Below, one piece after another: positions 1 through 12,860 of a DNA stretch of 64,000 nucleotides. The position numbers were made by a program, and so were the translations under genes. The DNA is taken from NCBI RefSeq assembly GCF_030028105.1, contig NC_092397.1, positions 21,772,630-21,836,629 on the forward strand, read 5' to 3'. Under the pieces are notes generated by a model, which made no database searches, was not told the DNA's origin, and saw nothing but the letters and a program-made list of their open reading frames with translations. Every line of letters starts with the position of its first letter. The stretch's first letter is position 1. The DNA is from Mobula birostris. Its lineage: Eukaryota.

Positions 1-31
1 GGGTTTTTTTTTAGACTGAAAGTGTACAACC

Positions 32-91
32 TGCAATGGCCGGGAATGGAAACCGTGTCAACTGCTTGGGAAGCAGCTATGCCACCATCTC
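32..91 (-). pseudogene. tRNA-Gly(CCC) pseudogene lacking the D arm/A box
   Basis: Reverse complement matches the tRNA at 63811-63882 but has a 12-nt deletion of the D arm and a damaged T loop. Confidence 0.85.
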
Positions 92-599
92 CCCATGATG
101 CAAACCAGACTCCGTGACTGAATGGTCTCTGGGGCTATCAGATTCTGTAACTCGATTATCAGTGTCTGAGCTGTTTTCTGAAGGATCGTTCCTCACTCTG
201 TTGCAGTTCCTATTCCCACCAGTGGGTGTCGCGACGTTCCGACAGACCGGAGAAACACAGCACCTGCGATCCGACTGAAGGGAGAATCGACCCGAGAGAT
301 TCGAAGGGCTACAAATGGTTTCCTGCTTCACGTACCAGTAAATGGGAAACAAATCCTGATTATAAATATCCGTTCAAACAACACGCAGTTAGACGTTAAT
401 GGGATCCCCTCCTTTGTCCAGTCCTTGAACACAGTAAGTGACTGAATCGCTGAAGAATTCTGAGACACGTCCAGTCACACAGTGAGGAGCGGATGGGTAA
501 AATGCGCCACCTCTACACTCAGCAAACAAACATCAGAGTGACTCTATGAGTACTCCTATACACTGACATCCGTGTGACAGATTCCCCACTCTTGTTTAT

Positions 600-671
600 T
601 CCTCGTTAGTTCAGTGGTTAGTATCCCCGCCTGTCACGCGGGAGACCGAGGTTCATTTCGCCGACGAGGAG
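600..671 (+). tRNA. tRNA-Asp(GTC), full length but with a damaged T arm/B box (possibly non-functional)
   Basis: TCCTCGTTAGTTCAGTGGTTAGTATCCCCGCCTGTCACGCGGGAGACCGAGGTTCATTTCGCCGACGAGGAG, 72 nt, close to vertebrate Asp-GTC. T loop is TTCATTT instead of TTCGATT, the T stem has two mismatches, and no T4 terminator follows directly. Confidence 0.8.
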
Positions 672-1108
672 ACCGTTCTCCTGCTTCAAATAAATACGGG
701 ATTATAATATGGGACAATCTAGTGTGCAAATAGCCCAAAACTGGAGAGTTTCCCGAGAACAAGGGACGTTCAACATTTTATTTTCACTTTTCCCTCACGA
801 CGTCTGTATCTCAAGGCCGTTTGACGTTACACTCAATGACCGAATCCGTCACTCCGAAACATTATACAGAGACTGCTGCCGTGAGATATGAACTCCCGCA
901 CTTTCCCAGCACTCGTGCCGACTCTCTCAGTTTGTCTGGTTGACCGTGTGGAGAAGACAGGCAAAGGAACAGCTGAAACACTTTGGAGAGAACGATGCCA
1001 TGGAATGTGTAACGCCGGGTTTAAAGCCACCCTGCCCCTCCCGCAACACTGGACCCTCTGAACAGACGCTCAGAAAATGAACTTGGGGGGGAAGGTAAGA
1101 TTGAGTTT

Positions 1109-1172
1109 TGTGACGTCATTACAACACGTGAGCATTCGGTCCGTTGCTCCGCCCCTAGACCTGATTGACAGC
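1109..1172. promoter_or_regulatory. Pol II promoter-like motif cluster (CRE, E-box, GC box, TGATTGACAG)
   Basis: TGACGTCA 1111, CACGTG 1125, CCGCCC 1149, TGATTGACAG 1162, in a CpG-retaining stretch. Mirror copy at 62738-62798. Confidence 0.5.
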
Positions 1173-1496
1173 AAAGTACCTGAAAACGGTGCGAGTTGCT
1201 GATTAGCTCAGGAGCGGTAGCGGTTGGTGGCGCTGGCTGTGAATGTGCGGGGATGATGGGAAACAAAGTAAGTTCAGGTCGGGGTGGGGGGGCGAAGAGT
1301 GTCTGGAAAAGGAACCGGACATATAGGGTTCGGGTGAGTGCGGTAGGAGGTTGGAATGAAGTTGATCTAGATCTGCAAAACAGAAAAAGGAACACAATAT
1401 TGGAATGATTTCAAGAGATTTGAGAGGATACTAAAAAAAAGAAAGAAGCTTTCAAGGTATTGTTTAAATTTTACCCGGAACAGCTTTCTTTTATCA

Positions 1497-1652
1497 ATGC
1501 CATTAAATTAACTGCAGCAATACACAAAATGCTGGAGGAATTCAACAGCATTTATGGAAAAGAGTTCAGTCGACATTTCGGGCCGAGGCCATTCATCAGT
1601 CCTGAGTTCCTCCGGCATTTCATGTGTGTAGCTTGGATTTCCAGCATCTGCA
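1497..1652 (-). mobile_element. Penelope-derived short fold-back element with a hammerhead motif (1568-1603)
   Basis: Arms ACACAAAATGCTGGAGGAA / TTCCTCCGGCATT. Minus strand reads CTGATGA-ATGGCCTCGGCCC-GAAATGTCGAC. Mirror copy at ~62280-62410. Confidence 0.65.
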
Positions 1653-1904
1653 TGTTTTCTCCTTTGAAATTAACTGAAGTGTTGAAAACTACTTTAGGGA
1701 ATATAGATTGTGCTCAAACCTTAAGGGGAGGTGATGTGCTAATCGTTAAGATAAGAAACGTGAGAAGGCATTATATTTGAAGACTTTAATTGGTTAAAAA
1801 AATGGTATCTGTGTTGCCTAATGAAAATACCACAAATCAGGGGTGTTAGGACAGGTGTTCTGGTGGAGATTTCGATGAAGAGATTAAGAATGTAAACAGA
1901 TTAC

Positions 1905-2127
1905 AAATGCAAACGCGAGGATATCTGCAGATGCTGGAAATTCAAGCAACACACACACAAAAGTTCTGGTGAACGCAGCAGGTCAGGCAGCATCTGTAGA
2001 AAGAGTTCCAGTCGACGTTTCAGACCGAGACCCTTCGTCAGGACTCGGGCCGAAACGTCGACTGTACCTCTTCCTGTAGATGCTGCCTGGCCTGCTGTGT
2101 TCACCAGCAGTTTTTGTGTGTGTTGCA
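1905..2127. mobile_element. Penelope-derived palindromic element with an intact-looking minimal hammerhead (2010-2045, minus)
   Basis: About 80-bp inverted arms around AGTC-CTGACGA-AGGGTCTCGGTCT-GAAA-CGTC-GACT (minus strand), followed by a truncated plus-strand copy. Confidence 0.75.
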
Positions 2128-2410
2128 GAGATTACAAGTAGTTTGAAATAGAGAAAACATGGACAGTTTAACTGCATTGATATATTTTGATGAGGTGAAG
2201 CTTTCTAGTAAAGTTAGTCTGGGGTATGTTAGTTATAATGCACGAGCGCATATTCCACCTCCGCTTAGATGTCACAATGCCAGAGATTTGGGCATCTTGT
2301 GGCAGTATCTCCTGGAAAACTAAGGTGTAGTTAGTGTTGTGGAAAACTAAGTATGAAGATTGTGAAGGTGTAAAGTTTAACTGGTGTAATTGTAGAGGAG
2401 AACATAGTGC

Positions 2411-3190
2411 AGTCTAGTCATAGTCATACTTTATTGATCCTGGGGGAAATTGGTTTTTGTTACAGTTGCACCATAAATAATAGTAATAGAACCATAAGTA
2501 GATTAATAGTAATATGTAAATTATGCCAGTAAATTATGAAATAAGTCCAGGACCAGCCTATTGGCTCAGGGTGTCTGACCCTCCACGGGAGGAGTTGTAA
2601 AGTTTGATGGCCACAGGCAGGAATGACTTCCTATGATGCTCAGTGTTGCATCTCGGTGGAATTATTCTCTGGCTGAATGTACTCCTGTGCCCACCCAGTA
2701 CATTATGTAGTGGATGGGAGACATTGTCCAAGATGGCATGCAACTTAGACAGCATCCTCCTTTCAGACACCACTGTGAGAGAGTCCAGTTCCATCCCCAC
2801 AACATCACTGGTGTTACAAATGAGTTTGTTGATTCTGTTGGTGTCTGCTACCCTCAGCCTGCTGCCCCAGCACACAACAGCAAACATGATAGCACTGGCC
2901 ACCACAGACTCGTAGAACATCCTCAGCATCATCTGGCAGATGTTAAAGGATCTCAGTCTCCTCAGGAAATAGAGATGGCTCTGTCCCTTCTTGTAGACAG
3001 CCTCAGTGTTCTTTGACCAGTCCAGTTTATTGTCAATTTGTATCCCCAGGTATTTGTAATCCTCCACCATGTCCACACTGACCCCCTGGATGGAAACAGG
3101 GGTCACCGGTAGCTTAGCGCTCCTCAGGTCTACCACCAGCTCCTTTGTCTTTTTCACATTAAGCTGCAGATAATTCAGCTCACACCATGT
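2411..3190 (-). mobile_element. 5'-truncated Rex/Babar-like non-LTR retrotransposon (RT C-terminus and 3' UTR)
   Basis: ORF 2558-3157: KTKELVVD...YKYLG...LYFLRRLRSF...HPLH...SFLPVAIKLYN. Nested in the LINE ORF1 above. Confidence 0.85.
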
Positions 3191-4652
3191 TACAAGGATG
3201 TGAAGTACAGTACTTAAGAAAGCAGCTGGTTGAACAGGTTAAAGTACAGTTAGGTGTGTCTTAAACAGAGGCCTTGCAACACAGTTAAACCAAATGTTGA
3301 TCAAGTATAACCAGTCAGACAGAATATGAAGTCAGCGGCTGTGTGTCACATCACAGGTCCATTAATAAAGATACTTTACTAGTCAATAAAATGAAGTTTG
3401 TGATGTTTATAAAGGATGTCGTGAATTGTACTGTTCAGTCATCTGGACATACTGAGAAAATTAAAATGATTGTGAAAGCTGCTGAAAGGTATCTAGGTAT
3501 AACTGGTGTTTCATGGGAAACTGTAAAAGAAGCTCTGATGGGTGGGGTATCTGTATTTCAGTCTCTTTGTGCAGGTACAGAATGGGATTAAGAATATTGC
3601 AGTGGAATGAGAGAAATGCGATGGTCAAGACATTAGGAAGTTTATTTCTGATTCATCAAATCGGCCCAATATGAAACCAGGCTGTTACCGCATTTCCTTT
3701 AGAGGAAATTATATTGCAGTATGGCATGATAGGTTAGGTGATAGAGGGGGTGGTGTTGCATGTTTAAAATGGGAAGGGATAGGACACAGAGTTGTGGATG
3801 TGAATGAAGTGTATGAGGTGTTTGTAGCAGAAGCATTTGATTCAACAGGTAGGGGTACTAAAGTGGTAAAACTCTTGTGGAGTGCTTTTGATTGATTTGT
3901 TGGAAAGCATATGTCACTCTAGATCACTAAGGGTTGTATGGTTGGGGATTTTTGTGCACAGTTCACTGTGGGGTCATTCATGGAACTGTTTGATTGTAGA
4001 AGAATGTTTAGGTATTTTCAATCTTGTGTGATTTAATGATGGGAGGGGTATGAAATGTAATGTTTCTAATCGTCTGAAAACTGCTGTAAATTTAACTCCT
4101 GTTTCAAACATTCTGGCTGGAGTGACTGAATGAGATGTTATGAGTGAGGAGACAATGGGGAGTGATTATTTTCCTATATTTATAAGCTTAGGTTTGGAGT
4201 TATATAGGGTGCAGGAGACTGTTTTTAGGAGGTGGAATTTTGATGAAGCAAACTGGGAGAATGTTGAGGATGATATGGGTTTCTGCAATGAATGGTTATG
4301 TCACATTATTCATCAAACTGCGGTGGAAGTGATGCCTGTTAAAAATGACATTAATAGGAGGAAGACTGCACCTTGGTGGATGGGGGAGTGTGCAGAGCGA
4401 ATTAGGGAGAGAAATAAGGTGTTTGGGAGAGCTGAGAATTATCACTCTCTGAGTGACCTTATTAAGTATGAAAGGGTACAAGCTGTGGTGAGGAAAGTGG
4501 TGAAGGTTGTGAAAGAGGTTTACTGGAGGTCATCTTGTGATAGTATTGGACAGGATACTAAACTTGGAGGTGTTTGGGGAATGATTCAGAAAATCAGGGG
4601 GTGGAGTTCATCGGGTTAATAACATTCCAGTATTGATTAAAGAAGGTGATTG

Positions 4653-5670
4653 TTAGAACATAGAACAGTACAGCACAGTACGGGCCCTTCGGCCCACAAT
4701 GTTGTGCCGACCTTCAAACCCTGCCTCCCATATAAGCTCCCACCTTAAATTCCTCCATATACCTGTCTAGTAGTCTCTTAAACCTCACTAGTGTATCTGC
4801 CTCCACCACTGACTCAGGCAGTGCATTCCACGCACCAACCACTCTGAATAAAATACCTTCCTCTAATATCCCCCTTGAACTTCCCACCGCTCACCTTAAA
4901 GCCATGTCCTCTTGTATTGAGCAGTGGTGCCCTGGGGAAGTGGCGCTGGCTATCCACTCAATCTATTACTCTTATTATCTTGTACACCTCCATCATGTCT
5001 CCTGTCATCCTCCTTCTCTCCAAAGAGTAAAGCCCTAGCTCCCTTAATCTCTGATCATAATGCATACTCTCTAAACCAGGCAACATCCTGGTAAATCTCC
5101 TCTGTACCCTTTCCAATGCTTCCGCATCCTTCCTATAGTGAGGCAACCAGAACTGGACACAGTACTCCAAGTGTGGCCTAACCAGTGTTATATAGAGCTG
5201 CATCATTACATCGTGACTCTTAAACTCTATCCCTCGACTTATGAAAGCTAACACCCCATATGCTTTCTTAACTACCCTATCCACCTGTGAGGCAACTTTC
5301 AGGGAATCTGTGGACATGTACCCCCAGATCCCTCTGCTCCTCCATGCTACGAAGCATCCTGGCATTTACTTTGTACTCTGCCTTGGAGTTTGTCCTTCCC
5401 AAGTGTACCACCTCCCACTTCTCAGGCTTGAACTCCATCTGCCACTTCTCAGCCCACTTTTGCATCCTACCAATGTCTCTCTGCAATCTTTGACAATCCT
5501 CTACACTATCTACTACACCACCAACATTTGTGTCATCTGCAAACTTGCCAACCCACCCTTCTACCCCCACATCCAGGTCGTCAATGAAAATCAGGAAAAG
5601 CAGAGGTCCCAGAACAGATCCTTGTGGGACACCACTAGTCACGATCCTCCAATCTGAATGTACTCCCTCT
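4653..5670 (-). mobile_element. CR1 LINE 3' fragment
   Basis: SGVPQGSVLGPLLF, KFADDT, LVRPHLEYCVQFW, ERVQRRFTRM, and a TTCTATG microsatellite tail. Confidence 0.92.
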
Positions 5671-6976
5671 ACTGAAATAGAGAAGGTTGAGTTACTGGCT
5701 TGGTTATTTGCTGCAAGTCACAATCAAGATAATTTAAGTGAAGAGCCTAAATGATGTCGAGATGAGGTTTTAAGTGAATACACTGATGTGTTGAAAGCCA
5801 GCTGTAACAATGATAGTATTAGTTACGTAGAGTTTATTTGTGTGAATGTAAGAAAGCTATTAACAGTGCAAGTCAGATGGCTGTAGGAAAGGATGATATA
5901 TGTTATTGTATGTTTAAACATATAGCTTACAACTCTTGAGATAATATTAACAATTTGGAATCATATTTGGAGTTTAGACCATATTTCCTCCTTATAGAAA
6001 ATGGTAGTACCTGTTCCGAAACCTGGAAATCCCCACAGGATCCTTCTAATTATAGACCAATATCATTAACATCCCATCTCATTTCGGTAAACTTACAGAA
6101 CGTATGGTAATAGAGTTGTTGAATTATATTTTGGAAAAGAGAGGTGATGGAGCATTTTATCAGCGTGGATTTTGGAACTGTAGAATGACATTGGATTCAG
6201 TTTTATGTTTGGAAGATGATATTGGGAAAGCACTTGTAAATAAAGAAGTTGTAATTGCAGTATTTTTGTACTGAAAAAATATATCGTATGTTATGAAAGG
6301 ATTAAATTATAGAAATATGGAGTGAGAAGAAGGCTACATTATTTTTTTCTGAGTTTTTTATTTGTATACTCCAGGCAGTTAAGGATACGTAAGGTATATT
6401 TGGGATTCTATATGCTGGAGAATGGGACCCCATAAGACAGTATTTGTAGCCCTTTATTGTTTAATATTATGATTAGTGATATTTTTTTCTGAGATAGGTA
6501 CTGGGGTGGGGAAATGACTTTTTGCAGATGATGCAGATTTATGGATCAGAGGTAGAAAATTCAATTGAATTCTATATAGAATGTGATTAGTGATTAATAA
6601 AGTCAAACAGTGGGAATATAGATGGGGTTTTAAGCTTTCAGTAGCTAAAATACATTTTGTGTTTTACTAAGATGATCAATAGACCTCTTTATTGATCCAT
6701 ATCATCCTCAATAGCAATTGATCTGAAATTATATGTTCAAACTCTTGAATAAGTGTCAGTGGTAAGATTTTATGGCATGTGGCTGGATTATAAGCCGATG
6801 TGGAAGCACCATATAGGTAAAATAATTGATAAATGTAAAGTAGCACCGAATATTCTTGGGTGTTTGTGTACATATTGTTGGGGCACTACTGGCCCATCAC
6901 TGTGACTCTGTAAATAATTGATAAGTGTAAAGGAGCACTGAATATCCCTGGGTGTCTGTGTGGGTATTCTTGGGGA

Positions 6977-7330
6977 GCTATCGGCCCATCACCGTGACTC
7001 TGACAGGGAACCAATGCTACTAGAAATCCACCAAGCTGCTCATCTGCAAACTTCCCTTCCAGCATCTGGTGCAGAAGATCAGGCAGGACTTCAAAACCGA
7101 TCTATGCTTCCAGAGCTCGACCATCAAAGGCCTGGAGGAGAATAACGAGGCTTACCTGGTCGGGCTCTTTGCACCATCCACACCAAGCGAGTCACCCTTG
7201 TGCCCAAAGAAATTCAGTTGGCTCGCCGCATCCGCCGGAAGCGAGCTTCAGCCTGGCCTCGGCAGCAAGCACAACAAAAGGCTCTTTTAAAAGCCACTAA
7301 CCTGGAAGAGGAAAGGGTTGTCGCTTTCTC
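6977..7330 (+). pseudogene. Histone H3 pseudogene (3' two-thirds, stem-loop and downstream element)
   Basis: Remnants [19 protein letters not shown] and [11 protein letters not shown] with a stop and an internal deletion. Stem-loop GGCTCTTTTAAAAGCC at 7280-7295, then GAGGAAAGGGTTG as after the intact H3. Confidence 0.92.
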
Positions 7331-8884
7331 TTCATTACACTGTTGTGGTGTTGACACACTGATCTCCCCCATGGGAGTTTTGGGGTTGTTTGATGGGAAA
7401 TCCCAATTCTCACACCAACTGATCTACTTGTTTTGGTCTCAGCTCATTTCATCAACACATTGATGTCACACTTTAGCCAAAGATGACCATCCACACCAGC
7501 AATAACTCCATCATCTCACAGTCAGTGTGAACTTACTGCTCACGGTTCCTACATCCACTCCCAAATCACTCAGTTGTATCACAAACAGCAAGGGTCACAG
7601 AACAGATTCATGTGGAACAACACTTGTCACCAGCATCTGATCACAAAACGACTCTCTGCCATCACTCTGTCTCCTATTGCAAAGCCAATTCTTGATCCAA
7701 TTTGCCAAATGGCCTGACTGAGGCCCATATGAACCATATCAATAAACTTCATCAGTGACGGCAGACCTGGGTGAGGATGGTCAGGACCCAGGTGCTGGAG
7801 TATCAGAGACTAAAATCCAGACACGATAGGAGACGGAAACAATGACAGGGTTCAAAACCAGTCTGTGTCTGTCGGAAAGACCACTTTGAGTGACTCCTTT
7901 GCTCCAAATAGGAGAAAAAAATAAGTAAATAGAGAAGAAATAAAAATTACAATAAAAACTGCAGATTCTGTAGTCTGAAAAGCAAAAGCAGAAAACAGGA
8001 AACTCCAGACCTGAGTGTCCACCACTTGTACCAGGGAAACATTTGGAGCTGTAACAAAGCAGGAATTTTTTGCCAACTTACAAAACCATCAGCCAAAGTC
8101 AGCAGAGTCTGGTGAAAGTGACTCCATGTTTAACAAACACATTTGAGTGGTTGGAGCAGTAACACCAACTGTGGATAAAGGGACCCAGTGACGCACTGAA
8201 CCGAGATGTCCAGGACACGTTTGATAAGCCGCTCCATCGCAGGGAGTTGGGGAAAATGAGAGCTGACCGTGATTTCTGAACTTGCTGATCACAAACACTG
8301 ATGGGAACTGAGTTGTGAAGAGCGGTGAGGAGTCTACAAAGGGGTAGATACAGGTGACGTGATTGGACACAGGTCTGACAGCTGGGATATTGTGGGGGAG
8401 GGAGGGTGTGAACTTGTACCTGACCCTCTGGCTAAAGAAATGTCTTCTTATCTCTTTTCTGAAGAGACATTCTTCTATTCTGAGTGTGTGCCATCTGGTG
8501 CTGGACTAACCCACTGCAGGAAACATCCACTCCACGTTCACTCAAGTGGTTATAATGTCACTCTCTTCTCATTCTTATGAAGTCCAGCAAGTACAGGCCC
8601 AGAGCCATCAAATGCTCCTAATGTGTTAACCTTTTCATTCCCAGGGTTATTCTCGTCAACCTGCTCTGGACCCTCTCCAATGCAAACACATCAATCCTTG
8701 GATGAAGGGCCCAGCATTGCTCACAATACTCCTTGCAGACTGACAAATGTCAGCATGGACAAGTAGGCCCCTATTTTCACATTTCTGTGAGAAAAGTAAC
8801 TAATTTTCATTCTTATATTTTGCTGGTTTTAATGTAATCTTCTTCCTCAGTTGCAATTTCTATTTCCCTTCACGATGAAGACTT

Positions 8885-10140
8885 TGCATTCAAAGTCAAC
8901 AACATCTCCTCCACAATCACCGTCAGCACTGGTGCACCACAAGGTTGTGCTTGGCCCACGACTCTACTCACTTTATACCTGTGATTATGTGGCTAAGTAC
9001 AACCCCAGTGACATATTTAAGTTTGCAGATGACACCACTGTTGTTGGATGAATCAAAGGTGGTGACAAATTTGCCCTCAGGAGGGAGATGTGTGATCTGG
9101 TTGAATGGTGCCACAACGACAACCTCTCACTCAATATCAGCAGATCACTGACCACAGGGGCAGGAAACCGGACGTCCACGGATCAGTCATCATCAGGGGA
9201 CTGGAGGAGGAGAGAGTCAGTAACATTAAATTTCTGAGCATTATCATTTCAGAGGGTCTGTCCTGGGACTAGCAGTAAGTGTCACTATAAAGCAGGCAGG
9301 GCAGCGACTCTGCCTGTGTATAATCAGCGTGACATCTCAAACTTTGACATGTATAGATGCAGAGTGGAGAGTAACCTGACTGGTTTCATCATGGCCTGAT
9401 ATGGAAACACGATGATCAGGAATGGAAAGGAAACTGTCTACAAGAAATTTGTGGAGATGTCAGGTGTAATTTTTTTTTACCAGAGTGTGGTGAGTGCGTG
9501 GAATAGGCTACCGGCAAAGGTAGTGGAGGCGGATACAATAGAGTATTTTCACAGACTCCTGGATAGGTACTTGGAGCTTAGAAAAACAAAGGGCTCTGGG
9601 TAATGCCAGGTAATTTCTAAAATAGGTAGAGGTTTGGCACGGCATCGTGGGCCGAAGGGCCTGTATTGTGCTGCAGGTTTTCCATGTTTCTAACTGGTGG
9701 ATGCATCCCAGTACATCACAGGCAAAGCCCTCCCCATCATTCAGTACATTTACAAGCAGCACTTCTACAAGAAAGCTGCATCCATCATCAACAACATCCT
9801 TCAGCCACCTCATGCTCTCTTCCACTGCTGCCATCGGGAAGGACGTACAGGAGCCTTAGGTCCCACACCACCAGGTTCAGGAAGAGTTGTTACCCTACAC
9901 CAGTCATGCTCTTGAAATGGTGTAGGCACCTTCACTGAACTGATTCCATAACCTGCAGACCCACTTTCAAGTACTCCACAACTGAATTGCACAGTAATAT
10001 TTATGTTTTAGTATTTGCATGATCTGTCTTCTTTTGCACATTGGTTGTCTGTCAGTCTTTGCTGTTTATAGTTTTCATAAATTCCACTGTCTTCATTTCC
10101 CTGTAAATACCTGAAAGAAAATGAATCTGAAAGTAGTAAC
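8885..10140 (+). mobile_element. Decayed Rex/Babar-like RT fragment with a nested CR1 3' end (~9440-9690)
   Basis: LYSLYT.DYVAK...FKFADDTTVVG and ITGKALP.I motifs. CR1 tail ends TGTTTCTA near 9690. Confidence 0.7.
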
Positions 10141-12330
10141 CTGTTGTGCCAGATGTCCCAACACAGGAGATCACTGCTACACTACAATAAGGAATGTCTA
10201 TCGTTTGCTCCCAAGACCACATTTTGTTCAGTGGGATCATTTGGCTGTACTCGTCCTACCTGCACACAGACAGAGCCTAAGGAACAAGGCTCCAGAGATC
10301 AAGATAACTGAGGGGTTGTGTTGGGAGGCTGAGGAATGGTTACAGGATTGCCTTGAGTCAGCAGGCTGAGCCATGTTCGTGAACTCATCTCAGGACCTGA
10401 AGGATGACACCGGGGTCACTACAGACTTTACTAAAACAGCTGTGGAGTCGTGTGTCCCCACAAAATCATTCAGGGTTTTCCCAAATCAGTAGGCCTGGAT
10501 GAGCAATGAGATCCGGAACCTGCTGAGTGCCAGGTCAGAGGCATTCAAATCTGGAGATCAGGAATGCTACAAGAGGTGCAGGTTTGATCTCCAGAAACCA
10601 TCTCTCAGGCAACGTGGAGATTCCGGACTAGACTGGAATAAAAGAGGGATGCTTGACAGCCTCGGCAGGGTTTATATGTCAAAACCTCCTGCAAGGGTAA
10701 ATCATGTGACAAAGGAGACAGCAGAGCTTCAGTTCCAGACGAGCTCAATGCCTTCTATGCTCACTTTGTCCACCAGAAGAGGGAGGAACCATCGTGCACC
10801 CCCGTGTCTCCCGATGGTCATTTGGTCTTAGTATCTGAAGATAACGTGCAGGCTGCCTTCAAGAGAGTGAATCCAAGGAAAGCATCTGGTCTGGATGGAG
10901 TACCTGGCCGAGTACTGAAGACCTGTGCTGGCCAGCTGGCTGGTGTATTCACGGATATCTTCAACCTCTCGATCTGGCAGTGTGTGGTACCCACCTACTT
11001 CAAGGAAGCTTCAATCATATCGGTGGCCAACAGGAGCGTGGTAACCTGTTTAAATGACTATTGCCCAGTGGCACTTACATCCACAGTGATGAAGTGTTTT
11101 GAGAGGCTGGTGTTGAAGCATATCAGCTCTTGTCTGAATGGTGACTTGGATCCTCTCCAATCTACCTACCGAAGCAACAGCAGATGCTGTCTCGTTGTCT
11201 CTTCACACAACTCTGGAACATCTGGACAGCAAAGATGCAAACATCTGGATGCCCTTTATTGATTACAGCTCAGCATTTAACACTGTCATCCCCTCAAAAC
11301 TGATCAGTAAGCTCTCAGACCTGGGCCTCAATACCCCCTTGTGCAATTGGATCCTAGATTTCCTCAGGTGCAGATCCAAATCAGTTCAGATTGGCAAAAA
11401 CATATACTCCACAACCTCTATCAGCACAGGAGCAGCACAAGGAAGTGTGCTTAGCCCCCAGCTCTGCTCGCTTTACACCTATGACTGTGTGGCTGAGTAC
11501 AGCTCCAACACCATATACAAGTTTGCTGATTACATCACAATCAAAGGTGGTGATGAATCAGCAAACAGGAGAGAGATTGAAAACTTTGCTGAGTGGTGTG
11601 ATAACAACGACCCTTCACTCAATGTCAGTAAGACCAAGGGACAGATTGTAGACTTTAGGAGGGAGAAACCAAAGGTCCATGAGCTAGTAATCAAAGGATG
11701 ATCAGAGGTGAAGAGGGTCAGTAACTTTAAATTCCTGTGGGTCACTCATTCAGAGGATCTGTCCTGGACCCACCGCATAAATATAATTGTGAAGAAAGCA
11801 CAACAGCATTCTAGTTCCTCAGGACTCTGCAGAGGTTCAGCATGTCATTGAAAACCTTGGCAAACTTATATAAATATGTGGAGGAAGATGTGCTGACTGG
11901 CTGCATTACAGCCTGATACAGGAACACCGATGCCTTTGAGTGGGAAATCCTGCAAAGGGTAGTGGATTCGGCCCGGTATATCACAGGTAAAACCCTCACA
12001 ACCACTGAGCACATCTACATGAAACATTGCCGTAGGAAAGCAGTGTCCATCAGCAAAGATCCTCACCACCCAGGCAACGATCTTTTCTCACTGTTACCAT
12101 CAGATAGAAGGTACAGGTATCTCAGGACTCGCACCACCAGGTTCAAGAACAGTTACTACCCCTCAACCATCAGTGTCTTGAGCAAAACACTCATGTCACC
12201 ACTGTTATATCGTTATTTCATGCTTGTTATTTATTGCTATTTATTTCTCTGCATTTACACAATTTGTTTATAGTTCCTCATATTTACAGTTCACAGTTAC
12301 TGTTCTATAGATTTGTTAGATTTCTCTGGT
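10141..12330 (+). mobile_element. Rex/Babar-like non-LTR retrotransposon remnant (endonuclease end plus RT)
   Basis: [58 protein letters not shown] across frameshifted ORFs 10499-12273. Confidence 0.85.
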
Positions 12331-12860
12331 TTGTCACTATCCCAGGGGTATCCAAAGGAGTGTACTTGTTGCTGAGGGTCACAGCCACAGGGAGACATTG
12401 CACTGTCTGTCTCTTCCCCTTTCCAGTCGTGGTAGTCACCAAACTATTTGCAGCCTGACCTCAGGTTTGACCAACCCACTGAATCTCTGGTCTCAGCATC
12501 CTGGAAACTCTAGGTCTGTCCATCTCCAGCACCATTCCCACTTCTAGTGGTCACCCTCATGCATTAATCCTTTTATTGCCACGATCATTTGTGGCACCTT
12601 GTCAAAGAAAGCCTTTTGAAAGTCCAAGTATATGACATCAGTGCATCCCCTTTATCCATCCTGCGTGTAATCTCCTCAAAGTATTCCAACAGGTTCATCA
12701 GGCAAGACTTTCCCTTAAGGAAACCGTGCTGACTTTGTCTTTTCTTGTCCTGTGTTTCCAATACTCCTTAACAATTCACTCCGGTATCTTCCCAACCACT
12801 GAGGTCAGTCTAACTGGTCTATATTTCCCTTTCTGCTGCCTTGCTTTGTTATATGCCCTC

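Larger units (their letters stand above)
1250..6975 (+). mobile_element. Decayed I/Nimb-like LINE (ORF1 zinc knuckle, endonuclease and RT remnants) interrupted by nested insertions
   Basis: About 2190-2410 reads FDEV.L..KV.LGY.SY....IPPPLRC..CQRFGH (CCHC knuckle, frameshifted). ILQWN-like endonuclease start at ~3592, GSDYFPI and WNFDEANW in ORF 4140-4619, PSNYRPISLTS at ~6042, FADD at ~6521. Many stops. Confidence 0.7.
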
